The notes beneath the pieces were generated by a model that was not told the origin of the DNA, did not search any database, and was given only the letters and a program-made list of their open reading frames with translations. DNA of 64,000 bases from an uncultured Acidimicrobiales bacterium. GTDB lineage: Bacteria > Actinomycetota > Acidimicrobiia > Acidimicrobiales > Aldehydirespiratoraceae. The stretch's first letter is position 1, and each line of letters starts with the position of its first letter. This document shows, in pieces, positions 17,308-25,945 of this stretch. The stretch lies in contig CATOTC010000005.1 in the NCBI GenBank assembly GCA_951812975.1, positions 99,572 to 163,571 on the forward strand. Reading direction: 5' to 3'. The position numbers were made by a program, and so were the translations under genes.

Positions 17308-17799
17308 ATGACACAACGCCTTACCCCGGCGAGCGTGCTGGCGGCCGAGACCCTGCGGGTGTCTGGCGCCATACTCGCAACTCAGATCGCGATGGGCCGA
17401 CTGATCGATACCGAGGCGGTCGGCCCCACTGGCCACGACCCGACCACTCTGGACCTGCTGGTACGGCTCGACCAGGCTCCCGCCAACCGCCTTCGAGCGG
17501 TGGAGCTCAGCCGCCAACTCTTGATGAGTCCCAGCCACATCTCCCGCAGAGTCGACCGGGCCGAAGCGCTCGGAATTGTGGAACGGCGGCCAGACCCTGA
17601 CGATCGTCGTGCGTCACAAGTTGTCCTCACAACGTCGGGCCGCGAAATCCTCGAGAAGTTCGCCCCGCGCATGGAATCGGTCATTGATCGGATCATCGTC
17701 CAGACCCTCTCCGACAAAGAGGCCGACATCCTCGTTGAGTTGCTCGGTCGCATTCAACAAGCGGCCTGCGAGCCGTGCATGGAAGAGAACACGCCCTGA
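17308..17799 (+). CDS. MarR family transcriptional regulator
   Basis: Winged-HTH block LSRQLLMSPSHISRRVDRAEALGIVERRPDPDDRRASQVVLTTSG. Confidence 0.9.
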   Translation: MTQRLTPASVLAAETLRVSGAILATQIAMGRLIDTEAVGPTGHDPTTLDLLVRLDQAPANRLRAVELSRQLLMSPSHISRRVDRAEALGIVERRPDPDDRRASQVVLTTSGREILEKFAPRMESVIDRIIVQTLSDKEADILVELLGRIQQAACEPCMEENTP

Positions 17800-17832
17800 A
17801 TACTCCAACGCCGAGAGCGATAGGTTTGGGGA

Positions 17833-18624
17833 ATGTCTGGAGATCGCACGACCATCGAGCTTGAAATCGAAGTGCCGGGGCAGCCTGAGGAGGTCTGGAG
17901 GGCGGTGGCGACCGGCCCCGGGATCTCGTCTTGGTACGTGCCCCATTCCGTCGAGGAACGGGAGTGCGGAGCGGCAACCGCCTCATTCGGGCCGGGTCCC
18001 GAAATGCAGGTCGCGGGTCGGGTTGCTGTGTGGGAGCCACCGCGCCGAGTGTGTTTCGACGGCGGCGAGGGCGTTGAGGGGTTGGTGTTCGATTGGTTGA
18101 TCGAACCCGCAGGCGACGCCAGTTGCGTGGTGCGCTTGGTCAACACCGGCTTCGGTCAGGGCGGCGAGTGGGATGCTCAATACGACGCCATGACCGAGGG
18201 CTGGCGCATGTTCATGTTCAACCTTCGACTGCACCTGGAACACTTCAGCGGGCAGACGGCCACCTCTGCCCTGCCCATGTCGATGTGGGCCGGTCCGATA
18301 GAAGAAACCTGGACGGCCCTCACCCAAGCGTTGGGCATTCCGCCGGCCCCGGACATCGGCGAGAGGATTGCGGTCGAATCGCCCGATGCGCCCGTTCTTG
18401 TCGGCACGGTCGTCGACACCGCTCCGAGTCGGATCGCCCTGTTGCTTGAGCAACCGGCCCCAGGCACCGCATTCGTGACCGCCGAGGGATTCGGCGAACA
18501 TGCCGGCGTGTCGATCTGGTCCTACCTCTATGGGGACATTGGAACTGAGGCTGTCGAACGGGACGGACCCCTCTGGCAGCAATGGCTCAGCGAGCGCGGA
18601 CCCGACCTCGACGCAATGCTTTAG
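17833..18624 (+). CDS. SRPBCC (Aha1/START-like) domain protein
   Basis: 263 aa. The N-terminal IELEIEVPGQPEEVWRAVATGPGISSWY pattern is typical of the AHSA1/SRPBCC fold. This is a weak assignment from memory. Confidence 0.55.
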   Translation: MSGDRTTIELEIEVPGQPEEVWRAVATGPGISSWYVPHSVEERECGAATASFGPGPEMQVAGRVAVWEPPRRVCFDGGEGVEGLVFDWLIEPAGDASCVVRLVNTGFGQGGEWDAQYDAMTEGWRMFMFNLRLHLEHFSGQTATSALPMSMWAGPIEETWTALTQALGIPPAPDIGERIAVESPDAPVLVGTVVDTAPSRIALLLEQPAPGTAFVTAEGFGEHAGVSIWSYLYGDIGTEAVERDGPLWQQWLSERGPDLDAML

Positions 18625-18716
18625 CAAGCAGCGCACTCCCAACCCGTCGACAGATCATTTCAGCAGAGGTTCAACGACTGCTGATACCACGCTCAAGCCC
18701 TGTTCGGACCCGACCG

Positions 18717-18745
18717 TTGACCTTGCATTCGAAGTGTTGTATCGT
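18717..18745 (+). promoter_or_regulatory. Sigma-70-like promoter TTGACC-17nt-TATCGT, positioned for a leaderless transcript
   Basis: The -10 element ends 6 nt before the GTG at 18752. No Shine-Dalgarno sequence is possible in that space. Confidence 0.4.
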
Positions 18746-18751
18746 GTCAAC

Positions 18752-18997
18752 GTGACGAGGGCTCGGCATCCCAAGAAAGACGTCGAGGAAGCCCTGAGTG
18801 AACTTGAGGAGGCCGAATGGACGATATCGCCCACATCGTCAGGACACCGCTGGGGGGTGGCTCGCTGTGGAGAGTCCAGCCGGTCTGGATGCCAGGTCTC
18901 AATCTGGTCGTCCCCGCGCAATCCGGGCGGCCACGCTCGCCAATTGCTGCGAGCACTCGAACGTTGTGTTCACCAATGGACCAGTGAGGATCGCTGA
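18752..18997 (+). CDS. Small hypothetical protein (81 aa), possible HicA-like toxin fold
   Basis: The sequence VTRARHPKKDVEEALSELEEAEWTISPTSSGHRWGVARCGESSRSGCQVSIWSSPRNPGGHARQLLRALERC has a helix, three strands, helix pattern with a central GH, reminiscent of HicA. The next gene starts 1 nt after its stop. Confidence 0.4.
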   Translation: MTRARHPKKDVEEALSELEEAEWTISPTSSGHRWGVARCGESSRSGCQVSIWSSPRNPGGHARQLLRALERCVHQWTSEDR

Positions 18998-18998
18998 C

Positions 18999-19535
18999 AT
19001 GTCGACGTTCACGTTCACGCTTGTTGTCGAGGGGCCCGACCTGCAAAGCGACGAAATCATCGAAGCCCTGTTCCAAGCGGGCTGTGATGATTCGCTGGTC
19101 GGTCGCTCCGGCGGCATCCAGTACATCGACTTCGACCGTGAGGCTGCTTCTCTTGAGGAGGCGGTGCTCTCAGCTGTGACCGATATTGAATCTGTCGACG
19201 GACTCGTGGTCGTTCGCCTTGCTGATTCTGGGCTGGTCTCGATGGCCGATATCGCGGCGCGCACCGGCCGGACCCGTGAGAGCGTGCGGCTTCTGGTTGC
19301 CGGCGAGCGAGGTCCAGGCGGATTTCCAGCTCCGGTCACCGATCCCCGCAGCCGCTACCGGCTCTGGCGAGCGACCGAGGTTGAACGTTGGATGCGCACA
19401 CACGTCGACGATGCGTATGAGACCCATGAGGACCACGCTCGTGTCGCGATCAACGCGACCTTGGAACTCCGCTACCACTCAAGCCACATTCCCGACGACC
19501 GGAAATCAGACCTGCTCGCCCTAGCCGGCCTGTAG
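18999..19535 (+). CDS. Hypothetical DNA-binding protein (N-terminal alpha/beta domain + HTH), possible antitoxin partner
   Basis: Begins MSTFTFTLVVEGPDLQSDEIIEALF... and has an HTH-like stretch VSMADIAARTGRTRESVRLLVAG. It is tightly coupled to the preceding small ORF. Confidence 0.5.
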   Translation: MSTFTFTLVVEGPDLQSDEIIEALFQAGCDDSLVGRSGGIQYIDFDREAASLEEAVLSAVTDIESVDGLVVVRLADSGLVSMADIAARTGRTRESVRLLVAGERGPGGFPAPVTDPRSRYRLWRATEVERWMRTHVDDAYETHEDHARVAINATLELRYHSSHIPDDRKSDLLALAGL

Positions 19536-19750
19536 ACCCGGCAGGAACTGTCCCCGGGAAACTCCGTCGGCCGAGTGGCTCGGTGCGGTGCTTGATCTCA
19601 GCAATATACAGGCTGTTTGGTCGCACACAGTCGCCACCATCGGCACGCTCTCGAATCCGTGCGCAGATCATTTTGGCCGATGTTTTGCGACTCAGGAATT
19701 CCGTCCATTCTGACGAACACACGGTTGAGATGAAACCGCTACAATGCGTA

Positions 19751-19777
19751 CGTATTGCGGAATCGTTCCGCGATACG
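19751..19777 (+). promoter_or_regulatory. 12-bp-arm inverted repeat CGTATTGCGGAA-TCG-TTCCGCGATACG in the fhs leader
   Basis: There is one G.U position if folded as RNA. It lies 54 nt upstream of the fhs ATG, just downstream of a TACAAT -10-like hexamer (19739-19744), within an unusually AT-enriched 295-nt intergenic region. Confidence 0.45.
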
Positions 19778-19830
19778 GAACGAAGCAATGAGGGCGCTGG
19801 CTTCAACCGCGCCGCAACGCAGGAGCAACC

Positions 19831-21528
19831 ATGGCATTTCCCAGTGACCTTGAGATCGCCAACCAGGCAAATCTCAAACCTCTGACTGACATCGCGCGCT
19901 CAGCCGGCATTCCAGCTGAGTGTCTCGAGCCCTACGGAGTGGGAGCCGCCAAGGTCTCGCTCGACGCCATCGAGAAGATGAGCGACAGGCCCAAAGCGGC
20001 ATATGTCGTCGTCTCGGCCATCACGCCGACACCGCTCGGTGAGGGCAAGACGACCACGACCGTCGGTCTCGGCCAAGCCTTCCAGCACATCGGCCGAACC
20101 GCAACGATCGCCATCCGTCAGCCGTCGATGGGGCCGACGTTCGGGATCAAGGGTGGAGCTGCCGGCGGCGGTTACAGCCAGGTCGTGCCCATGGAGCTGT
20201 TCAACCTTCACCTGACCGGCGACATGCACGCCGTCACCGCGGCTCACAACCTCTGCTCGGCGATGCTCGACGCTCACATCTACCACGGCAACGAAGCCGG
20301 TTTCGACATCCACAACATCACCTGGCGGCGTGTGCTCGACGTCAACGACCGTGCCCTGCGCAACGCGGTGATCGGCCTCGGCGGACGGCTCGACGGCATC
20401 CCCCGCGAGACCGGATTCGACATCACCGCTGCGTCCGAAGTCATGGCAGCGCTCGCCCTGTGCACCTCGCTGCAGGACCTGCGAGCCCGCCTCGGACGGA
20501 TCGTGCTGGGCTACAACAAGGCCGGCACTCCGATCACCGCAGAGGAGATCGGTGCCGCAGGGTCGATGGCCGTCATCTTGAAGGAGGCCATCAAGCCCAA
20601 CCTGATGCAGACGCTGGAGAACACGCCGGCGCTGGTCCACACCGGACCCTTCGGCAACATCGCCACGGGCAACAGTTCGATCATCGCCGATCAGATCGGT
20701 ATCCACACCAGCGAGTTCCTGCTGACCGAAGCAGGCTTCGGCGCGGACATGGGCGCTGAGCGGTTCTTCAACATCAAGTGTCGCTACTCAGGGATCGCTC
20801 CGGACGCGGCCGTGCTCGTAGCCACGGTTCGAGGCCTCAAGGCCCACTCCGGCAAGCACAAGATCGTCGCCGGCAGGCCCCTGCCCGAGGCGTTGTTGGC
20901 TGAGAACCCCGACGAGGTCCACATGGGCGGCGACAACCTGCGCAAGCAGCTCGAGAATATGCAGCTTCACGGAGCGACACCGGTTGTCGCCATCAACGTC
21001 TTCCCCGGTGACCACGATGGTGACATTGCCGCGATCCGTGAGATCGCCGACGAGTACGGTGCCCGTGCGGCAGTGTCGACCCACTTCTCCGACGGCGGGC
21101 AAGGTGCCACCGAGCTGGCCGAAGCGGTGGCGGCCGCCGCGGCCGAGCCGAGCGAATTCCAACTGCTGTATCCGAGCGAGGCATCGCTCAAGGACAAGAT
21201 CCATGCGGTTGCCACCAAGGTCTACGGAGCAGACGACGTGGAGTACACCGCGCAGGCCAACAAGCAGCTGGCCACCTACACCGAGGCCGGTTTCGGCGAC
21301 CTGCCCGTGTGCATCGCCAAGACCCACCTCTCGATCAGCTCGAACCCGGCACTGAAGGGCGCCCCCACCGGTTGGACCCTGCCAGTGCGCGAGGTCCGTG
21401 CGAGCGTAGGGGCCGGTTTCATCTACCCGCTCTGCGGCGACATGCGCACCATGCCCGGTCTGGGCAGGATTCCTGCCGCCAAGTCCATAGACATCGACGC
21501 CGACGGCAACGTCGTCGGCCTCTCTTAG
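19831..21528 (+). CDS. fhs: Formate--tetrahydrofolate ligase
   Basis: 565 aa. P-loop TPLGEGKTTTTVGL, plus a typical FTHFS N-terminus (SDLEIANQANLKPL) and C-terminus. Confidence 0.95.
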   Translation: MAFPSDLEIANQANLKPLTDIARSAGIPAECLEPYGVGAAKVSLDAIEKMSDRPKAAYVVVSAITPTPLGEGKTTTTVGLGQAFQHIGRTATIAIRQPSMGPTFGIKGGAAGGGYSQVVPMELFNLHLTGDMHAVTAAHNLCSAMLDAHIYHGNEAGFDIHNITWRRVLDVNDRALRNAVIGLGGRLDGIPRETGFDITAASEVMAALALCTSLQDLRARLGRIVLGYNKAGTPITAEEIGAAGSMAVILKEAIKPNLMQTLENTPALVHTGPFGNIATGNSSIIADQIGIHTSEFLLTEAGFGADMGAERFFNIKCRYSGIAPDAAVLVATVRGLKAHSGKHKIVAGRPLPEALLAENPDEVHMGGDNLRKQLENMQLHGATPVVAINVFPGDHDGDIAAIREIADEYGARAAVSTHFSDGGQGATELAEAVAAAAAEPSEFQLLYPSEASLKDKIHAVATKVYGADDVEYTAQANKQLATYTEAGFGDLPVCIAKTHLSISSNPALKGAPTGWTLPVREVRASVGAGFIYPLCGDMRTMPGLGRIPAAKSIDIDADGNVVGLS

Positions 21529-21585
21529 AACCACCGCCTTAGAGCCACCGCCCCTTCGGGGCCCTCGTTTCACACCGGAGTCCGA

Positions 21586-22461
21586 GTGAATCCACTTGCC
21601 AATATCCTGCGCCCCAGCCTCCGGGCAGTCAGCTCTCCGGTCGCCCGCGCGGCGATCTCGGACATGACCTATGAGGTGATCCCGCTCAAGAGCCTGCCCG
21701 ATGCAATCGAGCAGCTCCCCTCCAATGCTCGGGTCAGCGTCACCGCCTCGCCGGTGAAACCCCTCGAGGACACGCTCGACGTGTGTGCCGAACTGCTCGA
21801 GAGGGGCCACCGTCCCATCCCGCACATCGCTGCTCGCAAGGTGACCGACGAGGCACACATGCGCTCGTTGGCAACCCGTATCAAGCAACTGGGCCTCAGC
21901 GAGATCTTCTGCATCGCCGGTGATGCGCAAGACGCAGGCGCATACCACGATGCCATGTCGCTGCTCCGGCCCCTGCTCGACTTCACTGCCGGTGACATCT
22001 CTGCGGTCGGAGTCTCCTCATACCCCGACGGCCACGCCTTCATCGACGAGTCGGCTCTGCACCAGGCGCTGATTGAGAAACAGGAGCTGTTCGCCGAAGC
22101 CGGGATCGGAGGGCACGCGTCTACGCAGATGTGCTTCTCGACTGACACGATCCGTTCCTGGCTCGACACGCAGCGCGCTGAGGGCTTCGACATGCCGGTC
22201 CATCTCGGTGTCGCCGGGGTGGTCGACCGGGCGAAGCTGATCCGCATGGGCATGCGACTCGGTGTGGGAGCCTCGCTGCGGTACGTCCAGAAGAACAGGA
22301 CCGGCCTGCTCAAGCTCTTCTCTTCGGTGGGCTACAACCCCAGCGATCTCATCGACCCGCTTGCGGACGAGTTCGACTCGTTGGGTATCGAGGGGCTGCA
22401 CATGTTCACGTTCAACCAGGTAGCCGCCACCGAGAGGTGGCAACAAGCCAAGCTCGGATAA
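21586..22461 (+). CDS. metF: Methylenetetrahydrofolate reductase family protein (MetF-like, actinobacterial short type)
   Basis: 291 aa. Contains YEVIPLKS...VSVTASPVKPLEDTL...IPHIAARKV...HMFTFNQV, consistent with the MTHFR TIM-barrel family. The subtype cannot be resolved by eye. Confidence 0.7.
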   Translation: MNPLANILRPSLRAVSSPVARAAISDMTYEVIPLKSLPDAIEQLPSNARVSVTASPVKPLEDTLDVCAELLERGHRPIPHIAARKVTDEAHMRSLATRIKQLGLSEIFCIAGDAQDAGAYHDAMSLLRPLLDFTAGDISAVGVSSYPDGHAFIDESALHQALIEKQELFAEAGIGGHASTQMCFSTDTIRSWLDTQRAEGFDMPVHLGVAGVVDRAKLIRMGMRLGVGASLRYVQKNRTGLLKLFSSVGYNPSDLIDPLADEFDSLGIEGLHMFTFNQVAATERWQQAKLG

Positions 22462-22473
22462 TCACGGTCCGCA

Positions 22474-23760
22474 GTGAGTGCTCCGCTTCTTTCACCGTTC
22501 CAAGGCTGGCTCATCCGACCCGAATGGGCGCCGCGGGTGACCGCAGGTGCATACGATTCCAAGACTCCTGAGCAACGCCGTGCCATCGTTGAGCAGAACC
22601 CGTTCAGTTACCTCGGTGTCACGCGGTCCCATGAGGATCGGTTCGAGGGTTGTTCGGACACCGAGCTGTTGAGGCTCAGCACCCAGACTCTGGAACGGAT
22701 CCTCGAAGCGGGTGCCTTCGCGGCCTCGGACCACGCGGCCTACTACGCGTACCGCCTGAGCTCTCCCGATGAGAGCGTGGCTGGTGATCGCTCAGCGGTT
22801 CCCCCGGCCGGCCGGCCGTTCGACCAGACCGGCATTGTCGGTGCTCTGGACCTCGACGGTCTGCGCGACGGACGGGTGCTGACCCATGAGAACATTCGTC
22901 ATGAGCGGGCCTCACTGATAACCGACCATCTCAGTCATGTCGGCGCGACCTCATCACCGGTCTCGCTGACCCATGTCGCGCGGCCCGAACTGCTGGAGAT
23001 TCTCAGTTCCGTCACACTGAGGTCGCCAGAGGTTGACGTCGTGGTCGACGGCGTCCGGAACCAGGTGTGGACCTTTCCTTCGGACGAGACGACGATAATC
23101 GAGCCTTTGCTTGAAGATCAGGTCTTCTACGTGACCGACGGCCATCACCGTTGTGCCGCTGCTTTCGCGGCCCGAGCCGCGAACCCGAATCGTGCCCCTT
23201 TCACACGGACGCTCGCGGTGTTGTTCCCCCACGATCAACTCCGGGTCGAGGCCTTCCATCGCAGAGCACCCGACCGGAGTTTCCGTTCGACACCGGAGTT
23301 GGTCGATGCCCTCGGAACGGTCGGGCACCTCACCGCCGTCAGCGGCGTCGCCTCCGCGCAGCCGACGGCCCGGGGCGAGGTGGGTGTGTACCACAACGGG
23401 TCATGGTTTCGACTTGTGCTGGATCCTCTGGAACGCCCCACATCTCTGGCATCGCTCGACGTTGAACGCCTCCGCCGTGACGTGATCGGCCATGTCCTGG
23501 GAGTCAACGAACTGGCCCACGACAGCGATGTCGACTACGTACCCAACCCGGCGGGCATAGCTGAGCTGGTGTCCCGTTGCGACGCCGACGGTCACGTCGG
23601 TCTGCTCGTCTATCCGACCGACATCAACGATCTGATGGCGGTGGCAGCCGCTGGAGACCTCATGCCTCCCAAGTCGAGCTACCTCGTACCCAAACCGCCC
23701 TCGGGAGTCTTCCTGCGTTCGCTCGGGGTCGGTGTGACGGAGGACTCAGGTCCGAGCTGA
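22474..23760 (+). CDS. DUF1015 family protein (function unknown)
   Basis: 428 aa. The N-terminal LSPFQGWLIRPE... and central YVTDGHHRCAAA block match my recollection of DUF1015. It starts 12 nt after the metF-like gene. Confidence 0.6.
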   Translation: MSAPLLSPFQGWLIRPEWAPRVTAGAYDSKTPEQRRAIVEQNPFSYLGVTRSHEDRFEGCSDTELLRLSTQTLERILEAGAFAASDHAAYYAYRLSSPDESVAGDRSAVPPAGRPFDQTGIVGALDLDGLRDGRVLTHENIRHERASLITDHLSHVGATSSPVSLTHVARPELLEILSSVTLRSPEVDVVVDGVRNQVWTFPSDETTIIEPLLEDQVFYVTDGHHRCAAAFAARAANPNRAPFTRTLAVLFPHDQLRVEAFHRRAPDRSFRSTPELVDALGTVGHLTAVSGVASAQPTARGEVGVYHNGSWFRLVLDPLERPTSLASLDVERLRRDVIGHVLGVNELAHDSDVDYVPNPAGIAELVSRCDADGHVGLLVYPTDINDLMAVAAAGDLMPPKSSYLVPKPPSGVFLRSLGVGVTEDSGPS

Positions 23761-23868
23761 GTCCCGGTTGCGAGTCGACCACCGGCAGTGTCGGCCTGCA
23801 ACGTGCGCGGATTGAACAGTGGAGTGCGCTGACACAAGTTGTTTCCCGCTCTTGTTCGCTCCGCGCAC

Positions 23869-23888
23869 GGGCCGCGAGGCCGCGGCCT
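23869..23888. terminator. GC-rich hairpin (GGCCGCG-AGGC-CGCGGCC core) between convergent DUF1015 and folD
   Basis: Perfect 6-7-bp stem with a 4-nt loop in the 176-nt convergent spacer. Confidence 0.35.
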
Positions 23889-23936
23889 CGTTCTGTCGCG
23901 GCCGTGTGCGGGATCAATCCACCCGCCCTCTAGTCA

Positions 23937-24827
23937 TCAGGGCGCGATCGAGCCCATCATGCGGGCCGCGGCCAGGGTGTTCTTGAGCAGACAGCCGATG
24001 GTCATCGGGCCGGTACCGCCCGGCATCGGCGTAATGGCGCCTGCGATGTCCTGCACACTGTCGAAGTCGACGTCACCGACGATGCCGTCCTCGGTTCGGG
24101 AGATGCCCACGTCTACGACGGTCGCTCTGGGGCTCACAAAGTCGGCTGTCACCAACCGTGCCATTCCGGCAGCCGCGATGACTATGTCGGCGGATCGGCA
24201 CAGTCCGGCGAGGTCTGCGGTGCGGCTGTGTGCGAGCGTGGCGGTCGCGTCGCAGCCCTTCCGTCCCAGCAACAGAATTTGTGGCAGGCCGACCAGCGTG
24301 GAGCGCCCGATGACGACGGCTCGCTTTCCACTGGTCTCGATTCCGTAACGCGCCAGCAGTTCCATCACCCCCAGCGGCGTGCACGGAACGTGCCCGACCC
24401 GACCGCGGACCAGTCGACCCATCGACCGCTCAGTCAATCCATCGACGTCCTTCTCGGGCGGGATCAAGTCGAGCACCGCTTCTGCGTCGATACCAGCCGG
24501 CACCGGCAGCTGCACAAGAATGCCGTGGACCGAATCGTCGTCGGCAAGATCGCGGACCGCCTCGGTGACCTCGTCCTGCGTTGCGTCCTCGCTAAGCTCC
24601 ACATGGCGCGACACCATGCCCGCTTCCTGCGCCTTGCGATGCTTGTTGCGGACATAGATCTGGCTGGGTTTGTCGCTGCCGACCAACACGGTGGCTAGGC
24701 ACACCTCGGGGTTGCCCAGCGAATCGATCTCTGCGCGTATGGCCGCGACGATCTCATCGCGCAGCCGGTTTCCGTCCATGAGCACCGCACCGCCGGGTGT
24801 GCGCTCGAAATCGTCGTAAGTAGTCAC
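23937..24827 (-). CDS. folD: Bifunctional methylenetetrahydrofolate dehydrogenase/methenyl-THF cyclohydrolase
   Basis: 296 aa. Contains VGSDKPSQIYVRNKHR, VIGRSTLVGLP and PMPGGTGPMTIGCLLKNT. Confidence 0.95.
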   Translation of the reverse strand: MTTYDDFERTPGGAVLMDGNRLRDEIVAAIRAEIDSLGNPEVCLATVLVGSDKPSQIYVRNKHRKAQEAGMVSRHVELSEDATQDEVTEAVRDLADDDSVHGILVQLPVPAGIDAEAVLDLIPPEKDVDGLTERSMGRLVRGRVGHVPCTPLGVMELLARYGIETSGKRAVVIGRSTLVGLPQILLLGRKGCDATATLAHSRTADLAGLCRSADIVIAAAGMARLVTADFVSPRATVVDVGISRTEDGIVGDVDFDSVQDIAGAITPMPGGTGPMTIGCLLKNTLAAARMMGSIAP

Positions 24828-24964
24828 GCCCGTAGGCTAGTCCGGCCACAAAGTCGCCCGCCCCCCGCCCCGAGAATTCGCCCGGTCTCAGATCGGTGGT
24901 TGCGTCACAACGCTCCGCAGCGTTCGATTTTCGGGGAGTGTGCTGCGCGTCGTAGGGTCACCTC

Positions 24965-25876
24965 ATGAGCGACTACAGCCAAGAGACGGCCAATCCGAGC
25001 GACACCGGCAGCGGTGATGCACCCGCGGCGGACCACCAGTGGGTTCTGCTCGACGACCCGATTCCGGGGGTCCGCAGGATCACCTTCAATCGGGCCAACA
25101 AACGGAACTCGTTGATCCACCCCCTGCGGGGCGCGATCCTCGGCGCTCTTCGCGATGCCGATGATGACGACAGCGTCAAGGTATCGATCGTGCGGGGCGA
25201 CGGCCCGTCGTTCTCGGCCGGTTACGACCTCGCCGGCAACAACGAAGGGTACGACCTGCCGTTCTTCACCGCTCAGGGCGAGGGGCAGTGGCCGCGCCAT
25301 GTCACCGAGGGTTGGATGAGCATCTGGGACCTCGCCAAGCCGGTCATTGCACAGGTCCACGGATACTGCCTGGCGGGGGGCAGCGAGCTCGCCACCTGCT
25401 GTGACCTCGTCTACGTGGCCGAGGATGCCCAGATGGGCTACCCGGCCACCCGTTTCGGCGTGCCCGACATGCACTTCCATGCCTGGTTCATGGGGATGCG
25501 CAAGGCGATGGAGATGATGATCACCGGCGACTCGGTCAGCGGGGTTGAGGCAGTCGAGTATGGCTGGGCCAACCAGGCCTTTGCTGCCGAGGACCTCTCG
25601 GCCGAGGTGCTGAAGATCGCCGAGCGGATCACCCAGACCCCTACCGATGTGGTTCAACTCAACAAACGCGTGGTTCATCGCCAGATGGAGGTGATGGGCC
25701 TGCGCACCGGGATCCGCGCAGGTACGGAACTGTGCGCTCTGGGTGTGCACAGCGAATCGATGAAGCGGTTCATCGGCAACATCAAGGAGAAGGGTCTGAC
25801 CGCAGCGCTGAGCGAGCGCGACGAGCCCTACGACGACTACCGCACCGCTTCTTCGCAACCCAAGGTCGCTGACTGA
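24965..25876 (+). CDS. Enoyl-CoA hydratase/isomerase (crotonase) family protein
   Basis: Contains ITFNRANKRNSL, VHGYCLAGGSELATCCDLVYVAEDAQMGYP. Confidence 0.85.
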   Translation: MSDYSQETANPSDTGSGDAPAADHQWVLLDDPIPGVRRITFNRANKRNSLIHPLRGAILGALRDADDDDSVKVSIVRGDGPSFSAGYDLAGNNEGYDLPFFTAQGEGQWPRHVTEGWMSIWDLAKPVIAQVHGYCLAGGSELATCCDLVYVAEDAQMGYPATRFGVPDMHFHAWFMGMRKAMEMMITGDSVSGVEAVEYGWANQAFAAEDLSAEVLKIAERITQTPTDVVQLNKRVVHRQMEVMGLRTGIRAGTELCALGVHSESMKRFIGNIKEKGLTAALSERDEPYDDYRTASSQPKVAD

Positions 25877-25945
25877 CCGCTGCAGACCGACGGCGCATGC
25901 GCAACCGGTGTGAGGGCGCGCTCAGACGGTAACCTCATGCGCCAT

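Noticed and set aside
19536-19830. ZTP (pfl-motif) or THF riboswitch upstream of fhs
   Set aside because: I looked for the conserved ZTP elements (ACUGGCG ... CCGCCUGGGC-type pseudoknot partners) on the plus strand and did not find them. I cannot exclude a divergent riboswitch without a covariance-model scan.
20788-21948. 386-aa minus-strand ORF crossing the fhs/metF boundary, and 19900..20706 (-)
   Set aside because: It is antisense to two well-supported genes, spans their intergenic gap, and has shadow-ORF composition.
24905-25858. 317-aa minus-strand ORF opposite the crotonase gene
   Set aside because: The plus-strand frame has the crotonase motifs. The minus frame is an Arg/Gly/His-rich shadow.
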